Shown: one piece after another, positions 48,126 through 57,844 of the stretch
Layout of the letters: every line of letters begins with the position of its first letter
Position numbering within the stretch: position 1 is the first letter of the stretch
DNA from: Candidatus Omnitrophota bacterium
GTDB taxonomy: Bacteria; Omnitrophota; Gorgyraeia; JABMRN01; RBG-13-46-9
NCBI GenBank assembly: GCA_013203315.1
Contig: JABMQJ010000001.1
Span: 1 to 64,000 of the forward strand
Length of the DNA: 64,000 nucleotides
Reading direction: 5' to 3'
Made by a program: the position numbers and the translations under genes
The notes under the pieces: model-generated
What the model was told of the DNA's origin: nothing
The model's database searches: none
What the model saw: only the letters and a program-made list of their open reading frames with translations

Positions 48126-48524
48126 TTAAAATTTAGAAGCGTGATATGCAAAATCTCTTACTTTGCCCTCATTGTCAAACTTGATAACAATGGTCAAGGT
48201 TCTCTGCGTAGTCGATTTTGCTCCGGCGGTCCCAGGTGTTAGAAATTTTAGACCGGCATTGCTATCCGAATATACTATATCAGTAGCTATTTTATCGTAG
48301 ACCCATACTTCCCGTCGCTGCTCATCAGTGGTTACAACATTGGGAGAACCTAATGTCTCTACAACCTTCGATGAGGGCATTCCGATCAAAATTTCACGCT
48401 GGACTTTGCCCACAGTTATCCTATCCCCGGTATCATCCTGCACTTCTCTTCTATGATAACTAGCTGACGCACATCCCATTAAGAATATTAAAGAAACAAC
48501 TACTATAATAAGTTTTTTATCCAT
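48126..48524 (-). CDS. SmpA/BamE-like lipoprotein
   Basis: LMGC lipobox; IGM...VVETLGSP...EVWVY...L.I.FD..G.V. Confidence 0.8.
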   Translation of the reverse strand: MDKKLIIVVVSLIFLMGCASASYHRREVQDDTGDRITVGKVQREILIGMPSSKVVETLGSPNVVTTDEQRREVWVYDKIATDIVYSDSNAGLKFLTPGTAGAKSTTQRTLTIVIKFDNEGKVRDFAYHASKF

Positions 48525-48681
48525 GATTCCCCCCTATTTTCATTAGTATTGTTTTATATTTTAGTCTTGCCGGTATTGAATGTCAAGCCTATTTAGCGAT
48601 TCTCTATCTGAACTACCCTTCGACCGTTTCAGAATCTAAATTCCTACCTAACGGTAGGCAGGCCGGCAGGTTATTTTTGAA

Positions 48682-49104
48682 TTAGAAGTCCTCGCTTTTT
48701 AAACCATGCCTTGAACGTAGTTTTTTCTTTTCCGCCCTCTTCTTTTTATTCCTAAGCATCTTTTCTTTTGCTCTGCGGGATCGCCGGCGTTTTTGCCTTC
48801 TTATCTTTTCTATCCTTTTTCTTTCTTCCGAATGCCTTCCCAGTATGTGCGCTTCGATTTTGCCCGTGAGGCGCCTGCGCGCTATAAATCTATTTAAAGC
48901 CTGCGAGCGCTCTTCCTGGCATTTTACCTCTATGCCGGTCGGCCCATGCCTAAGATGCACGCAGGTAGATACCTTATTAACATTTTGACCGCCCTTTCCG
49001 CCTGAACGGACAAACCACTCCTCCATGTCCTGTTCGCGGATACCAAGCTTCCGCATCTTCGCCTTCAGGGCTTCTTCTTTACTGCTGCTCACACCGAATT
49101 GCAT
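48682..49104 (-). CDS. arfB: Alternative ribosome rescue peptidyl-tRNA hydrolase (ArfB-like)
   Basis: [22 protein letters not shown], basic C-terminal tail. Confidence 0.88.
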   Translation of the reverse strand: MQFGVSSSKEEALKAKMRKLGIREQDMEEWFVRSGGKGGQNVNKVSTCVHLRHGPTGIEVKCQEERSQALNRFIARRRLTGKIEAHILGRHSEERKRIEKIRRQKRRRSRRAKEKMLRNKKKRAEKKKLRSRHGLKSEDF

Positions 49105-49177
49105 AATTGAAATCCACTTTTCGACCGTTTAAGAATCTGAACTCCTGCCTGCCGGCTTTAAAGTAACAAATCGATCA

Positions 49178-49543
49178 CTAGGCGGAATAGACTAAGAGAG
49201 CTCCGAAAGCTAAGGCCAAAAGACTGATCAGGCGCATGGATAAAATAGGTTTTCCCTGCCACCAGTCAAGATAGGTATATATCGATTTTGGTTTTATCAC
49301 AAGTAAAAGCACACCCTTTATGATCGACCAGATACCAAGTACCTTAATCAGTAATACTATCCTGCACTGCGGGGCAGCAATTAAAAAGACGATACCGAAA
49401 AGAAGTGCCAAAATACCGCCGACCTTTAGCCTTTTTTCATTTCTCCAGAACGCAATATATCCTTTTAAAGTATTTTTCCTTACTAAAAAAAGGATTCCAA
49501 TAACCATAATAATTACACCAAAAAGCCTGACAACCATAACCAT
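49178..49543 (-). CDS. Small 4-TM membrane protein
   Basis: Hydrophobic internal repeat, GGGAGG RBS. Confidence 0.78.
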   Translation of the reverse strand: MVMVVRLFGVIIMVIGILFLVRKNTLKGYIAFWRNEKRLKVGGILALLFGIVFLIAAPQCRIVLLIKVLGIWSIIKGVLLLVIKPKSIYTYLDWWQGKPILSMRLISLLALAFGALLVYSA

Positions 49544-49620
49544 AAGTACCTCCCTTTTTTACTCTTCGACCATTTCAGAATCTGAACTACTGTCTGCTAG
49601 CAGGTAGGCTCTACTTTGTC

Positions 49621-50115
49621 TTAAAACCCAAGAAACATTAGCCACCTGGCACGCCTTCCCAGTAAATCAGCTCGTTCAACCCTGTTAATATCTCGCAGTA
49701 ATTTATCACGCGTTTCCGTTATGCCACGTTCAGTAATTTTTAGCTTCTCATATTCTATTCCGCCGGCTTTAATAAACTCAACGGCTTTCTGCAATTCTCC
49801 TTCATCGAAAAACGTCCCATGTTTTTTACACTTATCGACAACAATTCCCGAGTGATGCATGTAGTTTTTGCGCCACATCAATCTACTACAACGGGGGCAT
49901 TTGCAATACTTTACTTTTTCCGTACGCCCCAAAGGTTTATATACCTTGTGTAAATCACGTAGCTCACTCACGGTAAAGACTTCCGGAATTATCTTCAATA
50001 CCTGTTTTTCTTCGAACTTATCTACCCATACACCTTTACATTTTGGACAAATGTCGGTTTCGATACCGTTTTCCTTGAACACCTTCATTTCAATATCACA
50101 TTTGGGACATTTCAT
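49621..50115 (-). CDS. Double zf-TFIIB zinc-ribbon protein
   Basis: CPKC...DICPKCKGVW.D; CPRC...VDKC..HG.FFDEGEL. Confidence 0.88.
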   Translation of the reverse strand: MKCPKCDIEMKVFKENGIETDICPKCKGVWVDKFEEKQVLKIIPEVFTVSELRDLHKVYKPLGRTEKVKYCKCPRCSRLMWRKNYMHHSGIVVDKCKKHGTFFDEGELQKAVEFIKAGGIEYEKLKITERGITETRDKLLRDINRVERADLLGRRARWLMFLGF

Positions 50116-50188
50116 TTTCCTCTCCTATATAAACTTCTCCCTGCCTATTTAAAATCGCGGACGTTATAAAGCTACCGCCGGGACAGGC

Positions 50189-50854
50189 CTAAGATCGTGC
50201 TTTGCCCCGCCCCATACCTTCCCGGAGGCCAACCACCAGAAATAACATTCCGACTATCTGGATAAGATGAAAAATACCGTTGTTATCAAATTTCCAAATA
50301 AGCCGGGCAGCAATATCCTTGTTAGCTTGAAAAATTGCGGCGATGATTGTGAAGAGAACCCCGATCGCTATTAATCCGGCGCCGCCGAGTCGCTTTCGCA
50401 AGGCCAACCAGCTGTAAGCGATCAAAACAAAGGTCATGGTAATTGCCTCGTAAATAATAAAAACCAGAAAAGTTCTCGGAAAAAGCAGGTTCACCGCGTA
50501 AAAGGCTACCCCAATCGCAAGCATGACCGGAAGCATCCGACGGACAGCAGCGCGGCCCAGCATGTCGTAGATGGCCCCAAGGATAAATAAAACAACCACG
50601 AAACCCAATGCCAAAAAGAGTGGTTGCCACAGAATATTCTCTAATGCCTCGGACATTTTAAGGCCATGCAGTAATGCCCCCGATGCGGACGAAAAGGTGA
50701 CCAGCCCAAAGAACCATGACCAGATATTTGTTCTCTGCATATCACGCTGCTTGGTTCGGCGCAGGTAAAAGAGGCAAGCCGCGGCAACTAAGGCTAAAAC
50801 CGCATCTGTCACGGCTGTCGTTTGCTCTATTGGTATATTAGTGATTTCCAGCAT
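50189..50854 (-). CDS. 7-TM membrane protein (DUF6962-like)
   Basis: EQTTAVTD, GALLHG, FIIYE, FDNNGIFHLIQ. Confidence 0.75.
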   Translation of the reverse strand: MLEITNIPIEQTTAVTDAVLALVAAACLFYLRRTKQRDMQRTNIWSWFFGLVTFSSASGALLHGLKMSEALENILWQPLFLALGFVVVLFILGAIYDMLGRAAVRRMLPVMLAIGVAFYAVNLLFPRTFLVFIIYEAITMTFVLIAYSWLALRKRLGGAGLIAIGVLFTIIAAIFQANKDIAARLIWKFDNNGIFHLIQIVGMLFLVVGLREGMGRGKARS

Positions 50855-50890
50855 TAAATTCGTAACCTTAGACCGTTTTCGATAAAATGA

Positions 50891-51529
50891 TTATCTATCT
50901 ATCAGTTTACTGACCGTCTCCATGCAATGATTCACAATCTCTTTAATAATATTTAACATATCAAGATATCGGACCTTTGCCCATTCATCACAAATTCCCT
51001 TTGCTGACCTATCTATATGGTTAAGGCGACTTTTTTCTATTAATGCGTAGAGGGATGATTTATTTTTTAAAATATTTTTGCCTAACTTCCTATCATTAGT
51101 CTTCACCGCCACAATTGTAACTGACAAAATCTCTTCTATATTGTTACATAGCTCCTTATATTCTTGCAATGCTTTGTCACTAAATAACAATTTTTCACTA
51201 ACTTTATACTCAATTCGTTCTACTAAATCTACACATAGATCTCCCATCCTCTTAATTGCGCCGATAATGCTTACCAAATCAATGACTATTTTTTTAGCTT
51301 TGCCTGATGATTTCTTTTTGGAAATTTCGATTGCTAAGGTAGTTAAATTAGTATAAGCTTCATTAATTTTTGTTTCATTCTTAAGCACCTGATCTAAGAG
51401 CTTGATATCGTTCTTCATCAAACCATTAAAGTTAGTACGAAACATTATTTGAACCCGTTCTAACATTTCTATGGTCTCTTGTCTTAATGAAGCTATTTTT
51501 CTTAATTCAGCTTTATTTAATTTGGCCAT
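50891..51529 (-). CDS. Stand-alone PhoU-like domain protein (resembles Na/Pi-cotransporter C-terminus)
   Basis: KRMGD, LFSDKA..E, R..HIDR...G.C; helical repeats. Confidence 0.75.
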   Translation of the reverse strand: MAKLNKAELRKIASLRQETIEMLERVQIMFRTNFNGLMKNDIKLLDQVLKNETKINEAYTNLTTLAIEISKKKSSGKAKKIVIDLVSIIGAIKRMGDLCVDLVERIEYKVSEKLLFSDKALQEYKELCNNIEEILSVTIVAVKTNDRKLGKNILKNKSSLYALIEKSRLNHIDRSAKGICDEWAKVRYLDMLNIIKEIVNHCMETVSKLIDR

Positions 51530-51627
51530 AGTTTTACTCCCTCTTTTACCGTCTCAGAATCTAAAACCTGCCTACTACTAATATTGTAGGCTTGGCGTTG
51601 TTCAAAGTCAAGGGGCAAAAAAGTGAC

Positions 51628-51743
51628 ATTTTTGCGGGTACTGCCCTACGGAATGAGAGGGTATTGGCGTGCGGCTTGGCATTTAACGACGGAGCCCTGC
51701 CAATACCCTCTCATTCCGTTGATTGGCAGGGACTCGCAAAAAT
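51628..51743. repeat. MITE-like element, copy 2 (intact hairpin)
   Basis: Ends ATTTTTGCGGGT / ACTCGCAAAAAT; perfect 21-bp internal stem 51648-51668 / 51699-51719. Confidence 0.8.
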
Positions 51744-51819
51744 ATGCTTTTATATTGAGGGGTTTTTTGTTATAATTTTAGTCATTCAAACCGATAAACT
51801 ATCAAGAAGGAGGAAATCA

Positions 51820-52476
51820 ATGAAGATATTAATTTTAATAGTAGCGATGTGCATGATGGCAGCGAATGTGTTTGCCGAGGGGGATATGGCAACGCAGGCA
51901 AGTCCTTCGGTGACGATAAAACTTCCGACGCCCGAGACGAGCGGAGGCAAACCGTTGATGCAGGCGCTGAAAGATAGAAAATCGAGTAGAAACTTTAGTG
52001 ACAAGGAGTTACCACAGCAGGTATTATCCGACCTTTTGTGGGCAGCGTTCGGCATAAACAGGCCGGATTCAGGAATGCGCACGGCACCCACAGCGCATAA
52101 TATGCAGGAAATCTATATTTTTGTGGCAATGTCCAAAGGCCTTTATCTTTATGAACCAAAGCAGCATATATTGAAGCTGATGCTAGCCGAAGATATACGC
52201 GCTGTAACCGGTATGCAGGAGTTTGTGGCAACAGCACCGGTGAACCTTATCTATGTGGCGGAATATTCCAAGATGGCCAATATAGGCAGTGAGAAAGACT
52301 TTTACTCAGCTACAGACACCGGATTTATTTCTCAGAATGTATATTTATATTGCGCATCGAAGGGCCTGGCAACAGTCGTACGCGGCTGGGTAGACAGGAA
52401 AGCTCTGGGAAAAGCAATGAACCTACGCCCCGACCAGAAGATAATCCTTGCCCAGACGGTCGGGTACGAAAAATAA
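51820..52476 (+). CDS. Exported nitroreductase (SagB/ThcOx-like)
   Basis: AGGAGG RBS, ATG 51820, signal peptide; LMQAL..RKS.R, LLWAAFG, RTAP, SQNVYL. Confidence 0.88.
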   Translation: MKILILIVAMCMMAANVFAEGDMATQASPSVTIKLPTPETSGGKPLMQALKDRKSSRNFSDKELPQQVLSDLLWAAFGINRPDSGMRTAPTAHNMQEIYIFVAMSKGLYLYEPKQHILKLMLAEDIRAVTGMQEFVATAPVNLIYVAEYSKMANIGSEKDFYSATDTGFISQNVYLYCASKGLATVVRGWVDRKALGKAMNLRPDQKIILAQTVGYEK

Positions 52477-52523
52477 CGAAGAGTTATTCACAGGGCAGGG
52501 CGCTCTTGGGGGTGCCCTGCTTG

Positions 52524-53024
52524 CTATAGCACGCCTTTACCCTCTAGATATTCCTCGTAATAATCAGTTACTTTTCTGTTTTTCGTTGCGCTAAACGACT
52601 TATCCGCATGCATGGCCGGTTTATTGGCATGTTTTTTGGTTTTTTGCAAGAATGTTGGGTATTCAACCCGCGCACCGTGCACGCGAGAGCCATTTCGTAC
52701 CCGGTTATCATGCGATATGACAGTTATGCTAGATGGCTCCTTCGAATTCTTCACCATGCTTATTATGCGATCATCCGCTGCTTCTTTGGCGCGCGTAAAA
52801 ACGCAGTCAATGCCGCCTATCTTTGTGCGGGAATAATCCATAAAGTCGACATCCCTCCCGTCAAATACTATAATAATTTCCGCATTAACACGGCTACGCT
52901 TCCATCCCGCCACATGCATTGCCAGGGCGCTCCTGGCTTCGGCAAGGCTTTCCTTAAGCTTCGCCGTGAGCTCCGAAATCCGGTAAATAACGTTATATCC
53001 GTCTAGTATAAATATCTTTTTCAT
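52524..53024 (-). CDS. NYN domain (YacP/Rae1-like) RNase
   Basis: ILDGYNV, IVFDG, ADDRI, VISHD. Confidence 0.88.
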   Translation of the reverse strand: MKKIFILDGYNVIYRISELTAKLKESLAEARSALAMHVAGWKRSRVNAEIIIVFDGRDVDFMDYSRTKIGGIDCVFTRAKEAADDRIISMVKNSKEPSSITVISHDNRVRNGSRVHGARVEYPTFLQKTKKHANKPAMHADKSFSATKNRKVTDYYEEYLEGKGVL

Positions 53025-53101
53025 ATCCGTGAGTTATCTTTCGACCGTTTCAGAATTTGGGCTCAACGCAGAACAGTGTATTTAAATTATACCCCTAAAA
53101 T

Positions 53102-53131
53102 AGAAACGCCTCAAGGAAAACCTTGAGGCGT
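53102..53131 (-). terminator. Intrinsic terminator
   Basis: ACGCCTCAAGG-N4-CCTTGAGGCGT stem just downstream of the 53157 gene. Confidence 0.75.
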
Positions 53132-53156
53132 CACGGTACACTGTTTCGTTCAAATT

Positions 53157-53984
53157 TTATTCTATATCCTCGTCTTTCCCGTTAATGAATTGCAACATGG
53201 ATGCTCTGTTTTTTTGAATACGGTTTGCAATAAGTTTCAGGGACCCTTCGTCTAACTCCGGTTTTTCTGTCTCGGTTTCGGATTGCGCGGGTGTTTCTGT
53301 AATCTTGGTGGTTACTGCAATTGTGCAACCCGTGTTACGAGACGCCTCGAGATCGCTTGAAAAAAAGTTAACCATATACGGCTTAGGGTCGTGGTACACA
53401 ATCGTCTGAACAAGCCAAGCGTCTTCATACCACATTTCACCCTTATCAAGAGGTTCTCCCGGCTGTGGCAGATGTGGCTGATTATATACAATTAACTGGA
53501 CAAGCCGGCCATCCTTATAGTTATACTCGGGATAACCGTCTATTTCGCTGGGATCTATCGGAAGGTACTCCCTTATATCCATATTGGGAAACTTCAGGTC
53601 CACCGGGTATTTTTCGTATTCTTTTTTTGGTATCAACGGTTCTCTGGGCAACTCTATTATCCTGGCAATCGGGTTTTCTAAGCCTGGCTTCGGAGCCAAA
53701 CCGCGTACGGGATCGGACCCTATGTCTTTATTAGGGTATTTAATTATCTCGAAACCCTTTTCGGGCAGCTCGATATTATCCCCTATTTCTTTTTTCACGA
53801 TCAACTCTTTTTTCGTTTCTAGCACTTCCTTAAACTGTTTCACGGATCTGCTCGGAATTTCTTTGAGTTCTTTATCTTTATATGCATTCGCTTTGCCTTT
53901 TTCGGCAAGGCAAGGACTCTGAGAAACCACAATACCCAAACAGATTACGAGCACGATAACCTTAATTGTCATTCTGCCATTCAT
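53157..53984 (-). CDS. Hypothetical secreted protein
   Basis: Signal peptide, Pro/Glu-rich; no family recognised. Confidence 0.75.
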   Translation of the reverse strand: MNGRMTIKVIVLVICLGIVVSQSPCLAEKGKANAYKDKELKEIPSRSVKQFKEVLETKKELIVKKEIGDNIELPEKGFEIIKYPNKDIGSDPVRGLAPKPGLENPIARIIELPREPLIPKKEYEKYPVDLKFPNMDIREYLPIDPSEIDGYPEYNYKDGRLVQLIVYNQPHLPQPGEPLDKGEMWYEDAWLVQTIVYHDPKPYMVNFFSSDLEASRNTGCTIAVTTKITETPAQSETETEKPELDEGSLKLIANRIQKNRASMLQFINGKDEDIE

Positions 53985-54114
53985 TTCATTTACCCCCTTC
54001 TTGCTTACGGTTTTTAAAACTCTTTACTTTCGTGTCAAAAAAATAACTCGAATCTCATACTCTATAACAAAATCACAGCTTGTTTACTCCTGTTATTTTC
54101 TGACTATTTTATTC

Positions 54115-55548
54115 TTAATTTTGCTTACTTCTTATCATTTGAGCTTCAGGGCTTCTCGGGTATTTTCGTAATACAAGCGCATAATAGTGCTCTGCTTCCT
54201 TTGTATTATTCAGTCTTTCTTCATATATAATTCCCGTAGCATACAGTGCCATGCTTGCAAACGTAGACTCGGGATATTTACGAGAGACCTTTTGGAAAGT
54301 CTCTATCGCTTTCTCGGACATGCCAAGATAGTTGTAATAGGCACCTATAAAAAGGAAGATCTGTGGCTTATGGCCCAAACTCGGATGCATGGCCATTATC
54401 GCTTCCAGCGTCCTAATTCCCTGCAAGTGTTTACTTCTGTCCTTTGTCTTTATCGCATTGTCTATTAACTCAATCGCCTTCCTAAGGTCAAGAGCGGCTT
54501 CTTTCGGCTCGAGGTCAGATATATATAATGGGGCGGGCCTTAAGAGCTCTCTTGTCCTGTATTTTCCATTACTGATTAAAAGCGCAACCTGGACTTTCTC
54601 TCCGATTTCATAGAACTCCGTCATTTCCTGCCATTCTTTTTCCAATAGCTGGCGCGGGGCCATGGGTGCCTCCCCCTTAAATACTTCTGTTGCCTCCCCG
54701 CCACCTAGTATTACCTGCTGCTGTTTAAGCGCTCCTTCTGGTATGAATGTTGACACAACCTTTACCCTGCCGTTTAATACACCAAGCCGCGTCATCATTG
54801 AGGGCTGTGCGGAAACATCTACTAAAAAATCAGTTCCCAGCGCCGTGGCTGTGGCTTCGGGAGTTGCCATGACAAAACGTGACCCCTTGAATTTTTTGCT
54901 TAAACGCACCAGCGTTTTACCTTTTTTGAGGTTGTATACTGTCTTGCCGGGCACATATTTTGGCAATAACTTCGCTATTTTTATTTCAGAATTCTGCTTA
55001 ATCCTGACCCTGTATTTATTTGTATGCGCTATGTCAACAAAAGATCCACTGTCAACGGTTAGCGTATCGTTCTTGCCGAGTAGTAGCCCTTTGGTTCCTT
55101 TGGCCCACTTACGCCCCCTATGACTGTAAATCATTACTTTGCCCTTTACCGTCACAATCTGTACGGGCTGGACCACTAAATATGTAAGAACCCCGTATGC
55201 CGACACAAACAAAAGGAGCGTTACGACAACCCTTGCAAGCATGGGCGCAGGCAGGACAAAGACTTCCCGGGTTCTTTGAAGAACGCGAGTTACAATGAAA
55301 CCTATCCTGTTTTCTTCCCTGCTTTTTAAAGTGTTACGCAGTTTTTGATTGAAGGCCCGGTCGAAAGAGGTAGACAGCTTTTCTCTATCCGCATGCCTAA
55401 TGACCAGATTCGAATTCTTTAATAAAAGGGCTGTTTTCCTGCAGGATTCGCACTCGCTAAGATGGCTCTCTACCCTTTCCCTTTCAGGGAGAGAGCACCT
55501 CTGATCTATATATCTCGATAATAATTCGAAAGGCATTTTGTGCTTCAT
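54115..55548 (-). CDS. Anti-sigma factor: zf-HC2 + TM + FecR + TPR
   Basis: HLSECESC ZAS motif, TM helix, TPEATATALGTDF (FecR), C-terminal TPR. Confidence 0.88.
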   Translation of the reverse strand: MKHKMPFELLSRYIDQRCSLPERERVESHLSECESCRKTALLLKNSNLVIRHADREKLSTSFDRAFNQKLRNTLKSREENRIGFIVTRVLQRTREVFVLPAPMLARVVVTLLLFVSAYGVLTYLVVQPVQIVTVKGKVMIYSHRGRKWAKGTKGLLLGKNDTLTVDSGSFVDIAHTNKYRVRIKQNSEIKIAKLLPKYVPGKTVYNLKKGKTLVRLSKKFKGSRFVMATPEATATALGTDFLVDVSAQPSMMTRLGVLNGRVKVVSTFIPEGALKQQQVILGGGEATEVFKGEAPMAPRQLLEKEWQEMTEFYEIGEKVQVALLISNGKYRTRELLRPAPLYISDLEPKEAALDLRKAIELIDNAIKTKDRSKHLQGIRTLEAIMAMHPSLGHKPQIFLFIGAYYNYLGMSEKAIETFQKVSRKYPESTFASMALYATGIIYEERLNNTKEAEHYYALVLRKYPRSPEAQMIRSKQN

Positions 55549-56132
55549 TTTACGCCACTTTTTTGCGGAATTTTAATTTTCTTTATAAACTGTTTCCGTG
55601 CCCTTGCAAGCCGCGAAGAAATTGTCTTCATATTTGTTTTCAGCACTTTGGCTGCCTCTTCGTAAGAAAGGCCTTCTATTACGCAGAGCGCAATGACATC
55701 CCTGTAAAGCGGATGAAGGCTTTTCAGGGCATTTTCTATCGCTTCCTTGAGTTCCTTATTTTTCACGAAGGAATCTGCCGAAAACCCGTCTTTCGTCAAT
55801 ACGCCTTCGAGGTTGATATCCATGTCCCCTTTTCCCGCTCGACCGGACAAAGATACCTGCCGCATCGAACTCCTTTTCTTTAATTCGTTTTTTGCCAGAT
55901 TCGAAGCTATTGTATAAATCCAGGCCTTAAAAAGCCCCCTGGGCTCGTATCTATTGATGTTAAGGTATATGTTTATAAAAACTTCCTGCGTAAGCTCTTC
56001 GGCAACCGCCCTATCGCCTATCTTTCTGTTGATGAAATTAAATATTCTTTCCTTGTACGCATTATACAATTCATCAAAGCAGGCCCGGTCGCCTTCCCTG
56101 AATTTCCTTACCAGGGCATCGTCTTTATTCAT
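55545..56132 (-). CDS. ECF sigma factor
   Basis: AEELTQEVF, FKAWIYTIASN, LSYEE.A, T..SRL.RAR; likely start ATG 56132. Confidence 0.93.
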   Translation of the reverse strand: MNKDDALVRKFREGDRACFDELYNAYKERIFNFINRKIGDRAVAEELTQEVFINIYLNINRYEPRGLFKAWIYTIASNLAKNELKKRSSMRQVSLSGRAGKGDMDINLEGVLTKDGFSADSFVKNKELKEAIENALKSLHPLYRDVIALCVIEGLSYEEAAKVLKTNMKTISSRLARARKQFIKKIKIPQKSGVK

Positions 56133-56220
56133 TACCCTCTCTATATATATTAAACAATATTTTGTGCCGAAAACTCCACGTTCTATAGACATTCTGTATC
56201 AGCTTGCTTTTTTTGTCAAT

Positions 56221-56261
56221 AAAAAAAACGGGACTGGTTTTTACCAAATCCCGTTTTTTTT
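56221..56261. terminator. Bidirectional intrinsic terminator
   Basis: AAAAAAAACGGGA...TCCCGTTTTTTTT. Confidence 0.85.
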
Positions 56262-56290
56262 GTTATCTGCGATTTAACGCTGATTGTTAC

Positions 56291-57844
56291 TTATTCATCT
56301 TCCTCTTCGCTTCCTGTCTCATCTTCGGCATCGTATGAGCTGAAGGCCTCCAGGAGAATTATGGCGCCTTTACCGCCTGAATAAACAGCACCCGGCGTTT
56401 CCCGGAGAATACCTTTAAATGCTTCCTGCAACTTATTTTTGTGCTGCATCCATTCGTTTTCCAACAACGAAATCTTGTTAACCCGGCCTGTGTTGAAGTT
56501 TTTTGCGAAATCCATTTTTGCGGCAGGTACTTTTCCGCGTGTCCCAAACTTTTCGGCTTTTTCAAAAAGATTATTTGGCTTTGATGCGGATCCCCCCTCC
56601 TGTATCGGGCTTTGGTTTTTGCCGGTCTTATAGGCGTAAATCGGTTGCGCTTCATATGCTGCTTTTTGATCTTCGATAACCTGTGGCTTATACAATTTAA
56701 TATCTACGCTTTCGGTTCGCTCATCGTTTAATTTTCCGGCAATCTTTTGCTTGGTAACATTGAGGCCAACGAAAATTTCCTTTATTTCTGTTATTCTTCC
56801 GGGCTCTACGCCGGGTGGCCGCGTATATGTTACTGCTATTGTCCAATCATCATTGGTAATGGTAAGGGTGTATCCTCCGCCGTAAGCTGATTCTGACAAG
56901 CTCAAAACAGTATCTCCAAACTGTTGCGGCATGGGTTGTCCCCAATAGTTTCTGGCAAACCACACCAGTATGACTCCTAAAAGCTCGCGCATTTCACCGT
57001 CCATGCGGGATACGCCAAAACCGCTACTTTCCGGGCCTTCATACCGCGAATACCAGCCCCCGTGAGGCAGCCTATAAAAGTTTCTGTATTCTTCTATATC
57101 ATCCAAATCATTGAACTCGCCATCCCCGTTTGTATCAAGGAGATTCTTTGCGAGTTCGTCCAAAAAGTCTCGTAAATCCTCGTCGATTTGACGCTGAAAA
57201 AGTTCGGCGAAGGATTCTTCAACGGGATCCCTTGCATCAACGGGATCCCTTGCATCAATAATAATAAGCTTGCTGTTTTCGTCGTCCCACTTAATCGTAA
57301 AACCATCACCGATCGGTATCTTCATAGAGACACCTTCGTCTTTCTCTTTATCCCCGTCCGGATCTCCGTTATTACCTTTAAGCGCTTCGAGCGCGCTTTC
57401 AAGATCTCTTAATCTAATATCTAATTTTTCACGAATATCTTTTTCCGAATCGTCATCCTGATATATACTGATTATATCTTCCAGAATATCCGAGAGCCCC
57501 TTGCTTGGCAGTCCCTTGTTTAGCAGATTTTCGATCTCTTTATTCAGCAAGCCTTTGTATGTTTCAAGGATTTTTGGCAAAGGCGGATCATTCTTCGGCT
57601 TTATCGTTATGGACAAGTTATCTCTGGATTTCTCAGAGAGACTATTTTTCAATTCCAGGTACTGACTCACCAGGGCTTCCCGTTGGGGGTTATATACAGC
57701 GACAATCTTGCCGGAAACCTTTGCCTTGGGCTTCTCCGAAATGCTTTTTGCGTGCGCAAAATCACAGGGAAGCGTCGAAGAGACAAAAGCCACCACCACT
57801 GACATCGCTAAAATCCTATTAAATATTCTTTTCCTGTTTAACAC
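56291..57844 (-). CDS. Hypothetical secreted protein with EF-hand-like loop
   Basis: Signal peptide ending AHA; DTNGDGEFND; acidic tail. Confidence 0.78.
   Translation of the reverse strand: MLNRKRIFNRILAMSVVVAFVSSTLPCDFAHAKSISEKPKAKVSGKIVAVYNPQREALVSQYLELKNSLSEKSRDNLSITIKPKNDPPLPKILETYKGLLNKEIENLLNKGLPSKGLSDILEDIISIYQDDDSEKDIREKLDIRLRDLESALEALKGNNGDPDGDKEKDEGVSMKIPIGDGFTIKWDDENSKLIIIDARDPVDARDPVEESFAELFQRQIDEDLRDFLDELAKNLLDTNGDGEFNDLDDIEEYRNFYRLPHGGWYSRYEGPESSGFGVSRMDGEMRELLGVILVWFARNYWGQPMPQQFGDTVLSLSESAYGGGYTLTITNDDWTIAVTYTRPPGVEPGRITEIKEIFVGLNVTKQKIAGKLNDERTESVDIKLYKPQVIEDQKAAYEAQPIYAYKTGKNQSPIQEGGSASKPNNLFEKAEKFGTRGKVPAAKMDFAKNFNTGRVNKISLLENEWMQHKNKLQEAFKGILRETPGAVYSGGKGAIILLEAFSSYDAEDETGSEEEDE

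Noticed and set aside
51592-51819. Long N-terminal extension of the nitroreductase in the ORF track
   Set aside because: It reads through the MITE-like element; the RBS and signal peptide point to ATG 51820. The extended starts for rex, DUF3786 and the ECF sigma were rejected on similar grounds.
51820-52476. SagB-type azole RiPP pathway
   Set aside because: No YcaO or precursor nearby; the protein has a signal peptide and looks like a stand-alone nitroreductase.
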